From Octopus vulgaris (taxonomy: Eukaryota), in the NCBI GenBank assembly GCA_951406725.2, contig OX597835.1, positions 45,446,001 to 45,510,000 on the forward strand: 64,000 bases of DNA, given 5' to 3'. The translations under genes and the position numbers were made by a program. Of the stretch, positions 13,611 through 29,011 are shown piece by piece. Under the pieces are notes generated by a model that had not been told where the DNA came from, did no database searches, and saw nothing but the letters and a program-made list of their open reading frames with translations. The stretch's first letter is position 1, and each line of letters opens with the position of its first letter.

Positions 13611-14112
13611 ATGGGAATAGCGGCGTTAAAATAATTAGGAACAGAAATATAAATACATAACTTAGACAACGGGCAGTATGAATGTGCGCAACACAGAGTA
13701 AATAACAGTATTAAGCATATAGAGTGAGATGTTAGGCCAAGGCCTTGATATGTTTCTCGAAAAAATTGGCAAATTTCAATTAATCATTTCTGCGTATGAC
13801 ATTTATTCCTTTGTAGCTACGTGATATCATCAAAGATACGCTCATATATAGCTACTTTATATTTGCAACAGAAAACACGCCATGCAGACGCATCCTCACA
13901 TACACATATACATACATATACACAGACAAACTTTACAAAAGACGCGAACAAGCATACGTATAGATATACGTATGCATGCAGCTATATGTGTATAGGTGAG
14001 CAGAAATATGTGTACACACATACGCTCACAAATACACACGCACACACGTATATACATATTTATCTGTGTGAATATAAATATGCATATGCATATATATATG
14101 TGTATGTGTGTT

Positions 14113-14146
<34 letters not shown>

Positions 14147-14199
14147 TATATATACACACACACACATTTATATATATATATATATATATAGATAGATAA

Positions 14200-14230
<31 letters not shown>

Positions 14231-14318
14231 TAGATAGATAGATAGACAGAAAGCGGAAGAAAAGACTGAAATACAGAGAGTGCGAATAATAAGATATATG
14301 TGTATGAGTGTGTATGCA

Positions 14319-14398
<80 letters not shown>

Positions 14399-14574
14399 AA
14401 ATCATAGAATTTTGCAATAATCATGATGTACACGGGAATATACGTGCTCTCTTTATTCTAGCGTATGCCTGATCTATTCAGATCTGGCATTCCTAAACAG
14501 AAACTCTGTGACGTGTCTCACATGCTACCATTGAGAAATTGCGTGCCATTCATTTTCACCAATTGTTGTGCAAG

Positions 14575-15545
14575 AAAGCTGACGTTGTCGAAAAGTACAA
14601 ATAATAAACCTACTTAGAATTTCGTTTAGAATCTTTTCGGCTAAGGAAGAAACAGGCGAACAACTACACGGAAAAACATAGATCAGTGAATCCAGGGTGA
14701 TGTATCAATTAAGCATATATCTGAAGGCGGTATCAGCATATTACGATCAAAAATGAAGTGAACAAGTATTCAGTCAAAGAATCTAGTTAAGAAGTTACAT
14801 GTAGATATTCGGTAAGCCATTCAATTTATAAGGTGAAGTATAACATGGCATTAAATACTCCTTCCATTATGAGTTCGTTATCTAAACATTTATTGTTTTA
14901 TGAAAATTAAATAATGCTCTCCATAATATAAATGCAAACACTGTACAACATAAGACGAATTTCACTTTACTAGATCTTAATATAACATCCTACGTGTACG
15001 AAGAGAACGCATGGAATAAGATTTATTAATTTCATTGCAAATGTGTTATTTCTCAGCTTTACACCTCAACAGTTACTTTGTCCGCAAAAAGTAGGGCAGT
15101 TCCGATTGATTGCCGATGTAGTCAAAAGAAGGAATCACTGCAAATTCACTACACAGCAATCAGTAGAAAACCTAAGTAGAAAAGAAAAAAGAAATAAAGA
15201 TAATGGCTATATATTGTACAAATAAACTACAAACGTAGACGGGCAATGAGAAAACAATGCCTATAGCACATCAGGCAAAATGCTACAATAATAGCACAGA
15301 AAACTTCGAGCGCATCAGAAACGTAAACAGTAACTGGGAATGATGTTTTGTATATCTAAGCAACATAACAAAATCCCAGCTGTAATGTCTACAACTTTTG
15401 CATTGGTCCGGTTTAATATAAACGGCAATAATATGCGCAAATATCAGTCTTCATTCAATCATAAAGATGAGATTTCCAATATCTTGAAACGATGGTATGT
15501 CTACGAACTTCATTATTTCGGACAAACTACAAATTGCAATGAACT
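14575..15545 (+). mobile_element. Very decayed Penelope-like element relic
   Basis: Colinear weak relics in mixed frames: ADVVEKY (DVxSLY), LLDLNI (FLDLxI), DNGY, and VYELHYFGQT (GIY-YIG-like). Confidence 0.4.
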
Positions 15546-15635
15546 CTTGCGCAAATATGAAAATATTAGGAAAAGATAAAAACAAAATAATATACTTCTA
15601 GTCCGGTATTTAATATAACATAACCACAGGAGCTC

Positions 15636-15672
<37 letters not shown>

Positions 15673-15802
15673 TGTATATGTGTGTGTGTGTGTGTATGTG
15701 TGTGTGTGTATCATCTATCTACCTATCGATCTTATCTATTTACCTATCTATGTAACTATCTATTTCTCTTTCTCTCCCTCTCTCTCTCTCTGTCCCTCTG
15801 CA

Positions 15803-15867
<65 letters not shown>

Positions 15868-15972
15868 ACCTGTGTACATAAATATGTATATATATATATA
15901 TATACACATGCATATACATGTACATACATTGCCACACACACACACATATATATATATACATACACAGACACA

Positions 15973-16055
<83 letters not shown>

Positions 16056-16799
16056 GCATATACACGTTCATATATTGCCACATACAAATACAGAGATGTG
16101 CGGCGAGGAAGAGAGACACTTAAGAACATAGACTGGTAGTGATATATATATATACATACGTATATATATATATATACACATATACATACACACACACATA
16201 CACATGCGCGTCTGTTCAATATTTTCCTATTGTCTGCGATTCATCACTACTTTCCTATGACCTATGTAATCCTCATCATTACCATCAGCAATAACAATAC
16301 TATCAGTATCAACATCATCAGCAGCATCAAGAGAGAAAGAAAAAAAAAAAGGAAACAATTTACAACAAACACTCCAAAGAAATTCTAATAAATACAAAAT
16401 AAAGTATATTTGGTATTATTTCAGCGTAGACATTCTCTATAGATTTAGCTGTTTTTTTTTTTTTTTGTTCCATTCCCCTCACCCCCACCCACCCTATTGC
16501 CTTTCCAGTTCTGCTATTTTGTTGTTCGTCATCGTTTCGCTATTCCAAATTTCTTAGGATTTACGTGGGTTTTTGTAATATGTTCATCCTCATCTTCTTT
16601 CTATTCTTTTTCTTTTCTTTCTCCACTCCTTTGTCTCCTTAGTCTTTGTTTCCTCCTCTCTCTTCTTCTACAATTAATTCTGCTTCATCATTTCTTCTGC
16701 CACAAGCAAACAATGTTACAACAAAACAAAATCACAAATATTAATACGAAAAATCAATTACACAACAGTAAAAACACGTATGATAATAACCAAAATATA

Positions 16800-18180
16800 A
16801 AGCTAGACTGGACTTGATACAATCTATGGAATGACAACCAAATATCTTTCGCATATAGTGGCTCTCAAGTTGTACCCTGCAGATAGCAGAGCATTAGGAG
16901 AATTTTTAAACCAACTACACCAGCTTAATGGGGAAGTTTTAACAAAATCCTCTCTGGGAAACTGCGCCAAATTTAAAAAAGGAAATATGACAAACTGGAA
17001 TACTATGTCACATGAAGGAACCCAGATCTGAAACTTTGGCAGAATACACAAATACCTATGGAACTAATGTTGTTCCTTGTAAGACATTTTAATCATGCCC
17101 TATCCCTCCATTCCTTTTCGTCGCTTAATCTTCCTAAGGGGAGAGTAGAAGGTGGCTCCACCTCCATAGTTTTCTATCAGAAGCATGGGTCATAACGGTC
17201 CAGATGAAACTATGGATATTCCCTAACCATCTCATTATTGGTATAATCCTACGACTTCTGCCGGTCTTCTCGGTTTAAAATGCAACACAAAAGTTTAAGA
17301 AATAATATTTTCTACTCTCGGCACAAGGCCTGCAATTTGGGGGAGGGAGCCAGTCGATTAGATCAACCCCAGTACGCAATCGGTACTTAATTTGGCGGTC
17401 CCGAAATGATGAAAGGCAAAGTTAACCTCGGCGGAATTTGAACTCAGATTGTAGACAGACGATATACCACTAAGCATTTCGCCCGGCGTGCTAAAGTTTC
17501 GGCCAGTTCGCGCACTTAAGTTTAAGAAATAATGTTATTAAAATGTTATAATGAAGTATTATATATGCATTGGAGTAACATTATAAATCAACTTGACGTA
17601 AACATTCAATTCACGATGGAATATAGCCAGCAACAACGTCCTTTCCTCGACATCCTCATTAAGAAATCTAACAACGTAACAGAAACAGATGTACACTATA
17701 AGCTCACGGACTTTAAGCAATATCTGCCATTAAACTCATGCCACCCAGACACACCAGAATGAATATCCCCTTCAACATAGCAAAAACGATATGTACTAAA
17801 TTTGCTAATACAAACACCAGATACACACGACTACATGAACCGAGAGATCAGAGTTCTCTTTCAAACAGTGAAAAGCAACGTCACATGAGCTTCGGAGAAC
17901 CCGGTATACGCACTAACCTACTCTGGGTGTAAAGAGCAGCACATAGGCCAAACAAAAAACTGTCTACGTAAAAGAATGACTCTGCACAGATCCCAGATTA
18001 AAATTTCCCAAAACAGAAAAATAGCATTCAGCCAACACATAGACATTTGCGCAAATAACAAATATCCAAGCTTCAGAATTTTTCGCCTCTACCAATTCAG
18101 GGACGATACAATCTGTCGCCAACGAATTAGTGAAGAGACTCTCTTTATTACAAAATACAGACCCATTTTGAACGCATCTA
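16800..18180 (+). mobile_element. Penelope-like element (RT plus GIY-YIG), fragmented and interrupted
   Basis: Relic PM(G)TNVVP near 17056. IQFTMEYSQQQRPFLDILIKK...TDVHYKLTDFKQYLPLNSCHP (17601-17746) is the Penelope RT thumb. HIGQTKNCLRKRMTLHRSQI...EETLFITKYRPILN (17940-18173) is the GIY-YIG endonuclease. Confidence 0.85.
17307..17517 (-). mobile_element. tRNA-derived SINE family B (tail Y) with 16-bp target site duplication
   Basis: Matches the other family B copies; flanked by AAGTTTAAGAAATAAT at 17291-17306 and 17518-17533. Confidence 0.9.
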
Positions 18181-18490
18181 CAACAAACGACATATCCACC
18201 ACAGCCTTAGAATAACACAAACAAACACGCAAATATTAAAAATGATACTCTCAAGAGATTCCCAAGAATTCCTTAAAAACAGTCCCAATCACTGCTAAAA
18301 TCCACATCGAATCACTTTTAGGGAGCTTGACCATTTGACATCCTGCTAGTATCATAGCACCTGCATTCTCTTTTCATTCTCTCTTCTCTTTCTCCTTCTT
18401 CTTCTTCGTATTCTTCCTCTCCGCTACCACCTTCCTAACTTTACCAGTATTGCTGTTTAGAATAACACCTACGCAAATTGTACATCAATA

Positions 18491-19472
18491 TGAGGGCTGT
18501 ATGAAAAGCTTCGAGCCTAACGTTTAAACGGGGCTGCTAGACAGTCTTTTTCGGAGTATTCTTGCTCATTTTCATTATTCTGATATTTTAATTTCTTTTT
18601 TTCAGATTTTTGAATAAACAAGTGTCGAGGTTACAGGGAAAAGGGGAGAAAACTGAGTATCGTACCTTCATTTGAAAGGCATAACTTCATCATGAAGATA
18701 TGGTGAGAACATCAATAGACCTCAATGCTCCTTCATATGCAACAGTCAAACGCTGGGTAAATGTATTCCAGCGTGGCAGGGAGCGTGTGGAAGATGATCC
18801 CAGACGAGAGAGACCTCCAACTGCAACCACCAAGGACAAACTTGACCTTGATCTTGGCTTGATAATACAAGATCGCCGAATATCATGTCATCAGATAGCC
18901 GAGAGACTGGGCTTCTCCACTGAAAGGACAGACAACATTGTGACAAAAGATATTAAGTTCTCAAAGGTTTCCGCAAGGTGGGTCCCTCCTCTTTTGACTC
19001 CTGAACAGAAACGCACCAGGTGCACTTTGTCCATGAGTAATGTAGAACTGTTTCAAACCGATGAAGAGAATTTTCTTGCTCGTTTCATTACTATGGTTGA
19101 AAGTTGGGTTCATCACTACCAGCCTGAAACCAAAGAACAGTCAAAGCAGTGAAAGCACACATCTACTCCTACTCCAAAGGAGACCAGAGTCATTCTTTCA
19201 TCTGGCAAGGTCATGGCGTCTGTTTTCGGGGGATACTCAAGGTGACTTGCTGAACGGTTACCTTGAAGAGGGTCACACCGTGACAGGGCTGTATTATTCT
19301 CAGCAACTGATACGCCTCCGAGAAGCTAACAATGAAAAAGGCTGGGAATGCTCACCAGAGTAGTCCTCCAGCGCACACCTCAGTGGTTGCCATGTCAACA
19401 ATTCGTAATTGTGGGTACGAACTTGTTCCCCATCCGCCTTATTTGCCAGACTTAGCTCCTTCGGACTTTCAT
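18491..19472 (+). mobile_element. Mariner transposon pseudogene (Himar1/irritans-like), 3'-truncated
   Basis: TA plus TIR TGAGGGCTGTATGAAAAG. Motifs APSYATVKRW, KVSARWVPPLLT, FITMVESWVHHYQPETKEQSKQ*, HPPYLPDLAPSDF; stops and frameshifts present. Confidence 0.9.
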
Positions 19473-19600
19473 ACACCCTGCGTACATTCAAAAGAGATGT
19501 CTCAAGAATTCAATGACTACTACCATTCACAACAAGTCACTTTCAGGGCACTTGACCATTTAACATCCTACTACTATCATAGCACTCCCGCATGCATCTA

Positions 19601-19816
19601 ATCTTCTCCTTTTTCTTCTTCTTCTTCTTCTCCTTCTTCTTCTTCTTCTTATTCTTCTTCTTCTTCTTCTACTTCTGCTTCTTCCTCTTCTTCTTATTCT
19701 CCTTCTCCTTCTTCTTCTTATTCTTCTTCTTCTTCTTCTTCTTCTTATTCTCCTCCTCCTTCTTCTTCTTCTTATTATTATTATTCTCCTTCTCCTTCTT
19801 CTTCTTCTCCGTTTTC

Positions 19817-19848
<32 letters not shown>

Positions 19849-19982
19849 CTTCTTCTCCTCCTCCGCCTCCTCCTCCTCCTCCTCCTTCTTCTTCTTCTTC
19901 TTCTTCTTCTTCTTCTTCTTCTTCTTCTTCTTCTTCTTCTTCTTCTTCTTCTTCTTCTTCTAATCCTTCTCTTTCTTCTTCT
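19601..19982. repeat. (CTT)n/(CCT)n polypyrimidine tract
   Basis: Directly visible; explains the poly-R, poly-E and poly-F ORFs. Confidence 0.95.
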
Positions 19983-20225
19983 GTTTCCCTGCCCAGAATT
20001 CGCAACAACCTCGAACCCACAACAATAAACAAGAGAGACAGAGACAGGCAGAAACAAGAAAAATGTCCTTACTATGCAAATATTCTTTAAAAATTTTTTT
20101 CTTTTAATTTTTCCCAAATTTAATTGTTTTCTATGTTTGCAGTTGAAAAAGTCTCAATGACTGAAACCGGTACTGAAATGTTTTTTATAAAATTATTTTA
20201 GCATTTCCTACCTTGACTTTTTTCC

Positions 20226-20334
<109 letters not shown>

Positions 20335-20358
20335 TATCATACACAGGCACACACACTC

Positions 20359-20436
<78 letters not shown>

Positions 20437-20921
20437 TTCGGCGTGTTGCGTTTTGCAAAACTACCCACCATTATGTTACTAGAATATCATTTATTACGTA
20501 TCAAAAGTATATTTGTCCACTGATAAGGACTTCATTGAAACACACACAACTAAATGCATGCATATATCAGCGGAGAGGGAATCAGTGAAAAAAGACACCC
20601 ACAACCTCACGTACACACACTTTATGTATACTTTTCCAACCATACATATATTTACTTGCGTACAATTCATTGAAGATTGAGGTAAATTACTACCATATGT
20701 ATTTCAAAACAGCTAACTCAATTTCTATTCTGACAAACTACAAATTGACATAACTTCTACACATCGAAAATAAATCATATCTACTTTACGTGTAATCGAT
20801 TGTATCGTCCTACTTTAAAGTCTTCGTCTTCGTAATAAGCAATCATCATGATCGTCATCAGCAGTAGCAGAATTAACAGCAGCTAGTGTATCGCCATGCT
20901 ATATATATAAACAAACACTAA

Positions 20922-21104
<183 letters not shown>

Positions 21105-21290
21105 GTGTGTATGTTTGTGTGTCTATATGTATATATATATAAATATGTGTATATAATAAATATATATGTGTGTGTGTCTGTATATATTATGCATATATGT
21201 GTGTACATATATGTTTGCATTATGACTTTCGATGATGCCTTCGGGTTTATGTTCGTACCATTATTGTTATTATTGTTATTATTATCATCA

Positions 21291-21364
<74 letters not shown>

Positions 21365-21908
21365 GAGACAGCATTTCATGACATCAAAGTGACACTGAGG
21401 TAAAATATAGTATACCCATCATGACTACCTGTCTGATAAGGGTACTCTAGGCACATGCATCGACAACAATATGTGCGCGACATGGTGATCACATATCAAG
21501 ATAAATAGCGCATGACCTTGCCGGTGGGGCCCAGTTAGAATTTTCATCAGGTCGCGTAGCTAATCCCGCTCAAACGGTCCCTGAATAAGGGTTGTTTAAG
21601 AATGTTGAACGAACCAACCATGTTTCCAAAGGTGAAATATCCAAACCTCTAAGAATTCCTTTCAACACATGGTTATGATACCCCCCTACTATTTTTGCTC
21701 ATGATCAGAGATGCACGTATCGTCAGCCACTAAGGGACATGCTCAACTGGTTAAGATCAAACAACTGAAAAGCAAATCTGTGGTATTGAGCAGAATATAT
21801 GCTGTAGCCCATCTTCTCTACCAACACAAAACAATGTACATGATAACACTCCCAATCAGTGAAGATCAGAAGCCACGAGGCCACTGCATGGTACTGCATC
21901 GAGACATT
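21365..21908 (-). mobile_element. Non-coding element of about 540 bp embedded in (ATT)n; probable non-autonomous retroelement or LINE UTR
   Basis: Complex, higher-GC island with sharp edges between (ATT)n tracts 21260-21364 and 21909-22070. Element status and strand are inferred. Confidence 0.5.
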
Positions 21909-21933
21909 TATTATTATTATCAATATTATCATG

Positions 21934-22067
<134 letters not shown>

Positions 22068-22204
22068 CATTGCATACTCTGTGATAAATTGAGCAATAAC
22101 AATCATCCCCATCCATTTAAGCACCACACAACACACAGCATCCAGGCTGTACGATCTGCACTCCATACAATATACAGCGCAACCACCATCTCCCATAGAA
22201 CCGA

Positions 22205-22316
<112 letters not shown>

Positions 22317-23545
22317 AAATTTGAGCTGCAAAACTGAATGATTTAATGTTGCCTTGGGAAATCCTTCTTCAATTCTGATAACTGCCGTTTTGTCGATTGA
22401 ACCCATTTTCTTACATTATATAAAAAAAATAATAAACGATCTTCTTTATAAAACATAGTCGCCCGGAGAACTTGCTCGTTGATTTGACTTCACAGTCATC
22501 GATACAATAGCCGTCTCGATTAATGGGCACTTGCTCCAAGGAGATTATTACTATATGCAACATTATAACGGTTTCTCATTTTCTCTTTTGTTAGGAAACC
22601 CATTTCTTTGGAAATTCATTGTATAAAAAAAATGGGCCCTTACATAATGAATTCTTTAAAGTACTTCGTATTATAGTTTCTCTTAGCAGTAACCACTCAC
22701 CGTCCAAATTAAAGGATTGTAAGTTAGCAAAGATGTGAAATTGTTTTACACGAATTACAAAACAAAATGTGTTGCTGAACGAGTTTGATCTTTATCAGCG
22801 TTATGACAGCAAAGAGAATGGTTTCACTCTTATGAGGCCTCATTAATACATATTCAGATGTATTACTTTATTCTGGTAATGTAGAAAACCAAACGTTAGA
22901 TATAACAGACGAGTTGCTTAAACTAAACAAGCGTGAGAGACCGAAAAGTGTATGGAAAAGAAAATAGCGAAACCTCACACCACTAATATATTCGTACAAC
23001 TTTGTACAAACGTTACATTTTCTGTGTATTTCCTTTGGAGAGCAAACGTCGTCACACTCTGTTTGTTTCTGTATTGGAAACGGTTATTGTTGTACGTGTT
23101 AAGCAAAGTGTAACGGTTCCGAAACCTAATCTAATTTTACAGCATTTTTGTACGACATAAAATCGGTTGTTAAAACAGAAACGGAAACGTGAAAAACTCA
23201 AGCGAACAAAGGCAACCACAGAGAACTAAATGAGTTCTAAAGATCGCTTTGTCTCATTCTTTATTATCATTTCCGTTGTTATCATCGTAATTTGTACTTC
23301 AAATCTGTCGCAAATATGTACGTGGCTAGCACATGCAGAGTGAAAGATACTCGCTCATACACACTCACGCACACGCATGCACAAATGTGTATATATATAA
23401 ATATGCATACGCACATACCCCACACAAACATACATACACACATACATATGAATATATATGTGTATATTTAGATATATACATATACATATATATAAATAAA
23501 CACATTACTACCTTCTCTCTGTCTCTTTCACCCTCTTTATGAATA

Positions 23546-23581
<36 letters not shown>

Positions 23582-23641
23582 CATAAATATATATATATGT
23601 AATATATATATAATTGCATATAAATATATAATATATATATA

Positions 23642-23676
<35 letters not shown>

Positions 23677-23718
23677 ATATATATATGTATATGTATATGT
23701 ATACATATATATATATAT

Positions 23719-23802
23719 ACAAATAAGCATGTATACTTACATCAACACGCATATATATATATACATATATGCGTGTTGATGTAAGTGTACATGCTAATTT
23801 GT
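23719..23802. repeat. Inverted repeat centred on a TA run
   Basis: ACAAATAAGCATGTATACTTACATCAACACGCATATAT versus its reverse complement downstream, 2 mismatches. Confidence 0.9.
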
Positions 23803-24455
23803 ATATATATATATATATACGTATGTATATATATACACATACATGCTAATTTAAATGTAATATATTGGAAACTCACATATTTAATCTAGCATGTGTATTC
23901 ATACACATTCGAATACTTGTGTGAACGAAAATAAATTTACAATTGCGGTGGTACCGTAAGTAAATATGAGATTCTTTGGTGTATATTTAAATCAAAAATA
24001 TAATGGATATGAACATACAGATGTGTGTGTTTGTGCTCGTGATAACATATATATGTGTATGTGTTTGAAAACATAAACGTATGTGCTTATATACGTTGAA
24101 ACGGTGTATCTAAGTGTGGTATATTCATGAAGACTAGGTTATAGAAATAACTCTGAAAAGTTGTTGGTGGTATCAGTGGTGCTGACGATGGTGCTAATGG
24201 TCGAGGTATCGATGAAGCTGGTGGTTGTGGTAGTGGCGTAGGTGGTGGTGTCAATATTTCTGTGTTTGACTGTATAATGAAATTGGGGTAGGTACATTGA
24301 ACAGTTCGTCATCGAATATTTCAATCATGCCTGCTATAGCTGATATAATTTAATTGTCGAAAATGTTAATATTAAATATGTATTGAAATAAAATTGAAAT
24401 AAACTGAGAATCACTAAATGGAACAGGGGAAAATACAAAAGCAGCGACAATTATT

Positions 24456-24874
24456 GCAACAACGACAACAACAACAACAACAGCAATAACAATAATAAAT
24501 CAAATTAAAATAATAATAAAACTAATAATAATAACAATAATAATAATGATAATATTAATAATAATAATATTGATAATAGTAATAATAATAATAATAATAA
24601 CAACAACAACAACAATGATGATAATGATGGTAATGATGATGATGTCGGCAATAACAATACTAATAATAATAGTAATCACAATCACGACGACAGCAACGAT
24701 TGTGATGATGATGATGATGATGATGGTGATGATGGTAGTGGTGATGATGAAGATGATCATCATTATGATGATGATGGTGATGATAATGATGATGACGATG
24801 ACGACGATGATGATGACGATAATGATGATGGTGATGATGATGAGGATGACAACAACAACAACAACAATAACAAC
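24456..24874. repeat. Compound (AAC)/(AAT)/(GAT) tract
   Basis: Directly visible. Confidence 0.9.
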
Positions 24875-25158
24875 TTGATACTAACAGAGCAAAAGACTAA
24901 ATTACAGAATGATAAAGAGTAATACAGAGATTTGAAAGAGTGAGAAAATATGAACTATAGAAAAAAAGGTAGAGAAAAAATTATACAGAGAGTACAAAGA
25001 AAAAATATCCAGCCAGGAGATATTAACTTATATATTATTTTCCTAACAATTTTTCAATTTAGTTTAAAGGCATTAGTTCAAATCCGTTGACTATATTGGT
25101 GTTGGTAGTTTCTACAAGTTATTTTCGCTTTCGTGACGTTTTCTGGAATTTTATTATT

Positions 25159-25227
<69 letters not shown>

Positions 25228-25552
25228 ATCATAATTGCTATCATTATTTTCATTTTTCAGTTTAATTCAGTTTTCAAAATTTGTTTATGAAAATTTCGAT
25301 TATAAATAACTGATTTTTAAGATATCGTTGCCGAGGGAATGCATGCCTAAGATTATACGATTGTATGTATACACACACACACACACACATACGCACATAT
25401 CTATGAATTATATTTATATATATATATATATATATATATACATACACACACACGCATATATATATATATACACATATATACATAGAGACATATATACATA
25501 TAGGAATGTATATGCATGCATGTATACATATATATATGTATGTATGTATGTA

Positions 25553-25646
<94 letters not shown>

Positions 25647-25826
25647 TAAATGCATATACACTCACATACAGACCGGCGGACAGATTGCTTGATCGATATA
25701 TAGATAGATGGTTTGATTTGCTATTTAGACCGGTAGGTGGGCAGGTAGTTAGGGAATAAGATGTAGGCAGGAAGGTAGATGTGTAGCATTTAATATAGTA
25801 TGCGGCAATACGTCTATATATGTGTA

Positions 25827-26043
25827 AGGCGGCGAGCTGAGAAAATCATTACTGTGCCAAATAAAATACTTAGTGACATTTATTCCGAACTTACATTCTG
25901 AGTTCAAAGGCCGCTGGAGACGACTTTGCATTTCAAGCTTCGGCGCCGACAAAATAATCACCAATTGAGCTGGGGGGGGGGGGGTAATGTAATCGACTTA
26001 CAACTCTCTCTTAATTTGCGGGCCTTATGTCAAAATTTGAAAC
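25827..26043 (+). mobile_element. SINE family B, diverged copy (tail Y)
   Basis: AGGCGGCGAGCTGAGAAA head, TTCTGAGTTCAAA B-box region, GTAATCGACT and GGCCTTATGTCAAAATTTGAAAC tail. Confidence 0.75.
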
Positions 26044-26415
26044 AAATATGCATACATATATGCACGGGTATATGAATATACATATGTACATACTACACAC
26101 ACACATATATGTATACGTATATATATCTATTTATTTATTTTATATGTATATATATTCATGCATATATACATATGTGTGTGCATGTGTGCGCGCATACCTA
26201 TATATATGTATATTCATACAGACGTGCACATATGTATGCATATTGAATTTAAATTTATGTATATATACATATGTATATATATGTGTGTAATGTAGGTGTT
26301 TGGCGTAGTCATAAACCAGGTGAAATGTTAAGTAAATTATACCACAAAATATATATACCATAATATAGTTATATATATATATATATATTCTAATATAAAT
26401 ATACATATATATTCT

Positions 26416-26464
<49 letters not shown>

Positions 26465-26949
26465 GTGCACATACATATACGAACGACGGACATACATCCA
26501 TGAGGATATGTATATATGGATGGAGCGACTAATAAATAATTAAGCAGACACACAGCCATTTGAATGTGTGTGTCTGTGTGTGCACCTGAGTTTGTGTACA
26601 TGCACGTATGCGTATGTGTTCTTGTGCGCGCATGCGTGTGTATGTGTGTATGTGTGTGTGTGCATGTGTGTATGAGTGTGTGCGTGCGTGCGTTTAAATG
26701 TTGAGTGATCAAAAACTAAATTGCAGAATGGGGACAAGTTTTCGCAAAGGTGCTTGGAAAGATAAATTAAAAGAAGTATGATAGAATAGCAGAAAAGTAA
26801 TTAAGGGTCGGGTCGGAATGCGGTTATAGAGTGAACATTTGTGAAGGACCGGTCAGATGCTGCTTGCGTATGTATGGTTATATATGGATACGGTGATTTC
26901 GCGTTGCTCTAGTCTGCCGAGCTAGCACAAATGAGTTGTATGTGTTTCA

Positions 26950-27120
26950 CATGGCCAGCCGTGTCACATTCTGCGTCGTGCTAAATCACCCTGAGAAATA
27001 CGCTCCTACGGGTATAGGTGTCTGTGGAATGCTCAACCACTTGCACGATAAATTCATAAGCAAACTGTGCCGTTGATCGGATCACCTGGAATCCTCGTTG
27101 TCGAAACCGAAGGAGTGTTA
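26950..27120 (+). mobile_element. SINE family C 3' half, diverged
   Basis: Aligns with 49393-49560 (GGCCAGCC..GTCACA..GTCTGTGGA..CCTCGTTGTCG). Confidence 0.7.
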
Positions 27121-27497
27121 CGTAATTTTATACAGAAGGATAAAATCCCACGTAGTACTTGTAATTATTAAACCTCTAGTTGCCTATGCAGAAACGGCAC
27201 TCTACCACAAATATGCATATACATTTTGCAGATGAAAAGCTGCTTGAAATTTTCTGAAGTAGTTCCAAGCTATTAAATCTATTGACAAAAATATGGGTAC
27301 GGATTAGACATCGGTGATGGATTATCTATTGTAATATATAACTAATCTTCTGGTCTTGCATTCTCGATTGCTATATGTCGTATGTTTAGGCACGAGAAGA
27401 AATTTCGCATATTGGTTTGATAAAACCAATAAAGCATACAATAAAGCAACATACAAATATGCACATATTCATTCACAACGCTTCCAAATCAGTATTT

Positions 27498-27601
<104 letters not shown>

Positions 27602-28015
27602 GTGTGTGTGTGTATAATATATGAATGTATGTATTGAAATACATAGATGCTCGCCATATGCGTTTTTACATATACATGTATATGCATGCATGTATGTATG
27701 TATGTATGTATGTATGTATGTATGTATGTATATATATATATATATATATATAATATAGTGATAAGAGTAAATAATTTCTATAAAGGCTTTTAAAAAAAAC
27801 CCAATTATTTACTGGTAGAATTCGGTATGTAAATATAGCCGATTACCGGCAGGAACTTCTGTAAAGTTCAGTATATATATTGTATATAAGAAAAAGGGAC
27901 AGGCAAAACAGGTTGCTTGACCGCATACCGAAAAAATAGAAATAGCAGTCAAGAATGCTTATTTCTATCAAAGTTGGACTCCGGGCATGACAGACCCTGT
28001 AATTCACTTTTTCGG

Positions 28016-28049
<34 letters not shown>

Positions 28050-28835
28050 CATGTATAAACATGTATATTTATATACATACACATATGGATGTGTCTGTGT
28101 CTGTATGTCTACTTTAATATGTGTGTTTGTTTCTCACAACCACTAGACAACATGTATTGGCGTGTTTACGTCTCTAAAACTTAGTGAAAGGGCTCTGATC
28201 GATCAGTTCAACTTAAATACCCGAAGGTGGTACTCCTGGGTAGCTGGGGTCTAATACCTGAAACATGCCAAAGATAAAAGATGTTGCGTGACCTTCACGC
28301 CCATACAATTCACAACTGGGTTGGAAACGAGTTCAACCTATATGTGCATAAGGTAGCTCTTTCAAATAAACAATGGCAGATAAAAAATAAAGAATGCTTA
28401 AATAATAACCGAGCAACCACTGTACGACCTAGTCTAATATATTAATTGTCCAATCAAAAGATGGGGCCCTTGATTAGTTTTTCTTAACATGGGTTAATGG
28501 AAATTACACAAGTATTTAATTCATGATGAAGCAATTGAATACCACCGTGGGAGACTCAGTCAGATGTTTTGCAAGATTTGTCCTCTAATCAAAGAATTGA
28601 TGAATAAGCAAAAGTATGGGAAATGCTGTTCTATACGTCTGTAGCCAAATATGCTACACACGTGTAGCCAAATATCTAGGAGGGCAGCTACGACGGTGAT
28701 AAATGAAGATGGGTACACATAGATGATACCGGAAAGTAGGATTGATTCGTTGCGTTTTTGACGCCTATCAGTTTTAGAGTTAATTAAATTGAAGTTAAGC
28801 TACCACAGTAAAAACATACACTATATATAGGTATA

Positions 28836-29011
<176 letters not shown>

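Noticed and set aside
17163-17216. TCCATAGTTT...AAACTATGGA hairpin as a type III hammerhead
   Set aside because: The closing stem and GAAA are present but there is no CUGANGA or stem II on either strand.
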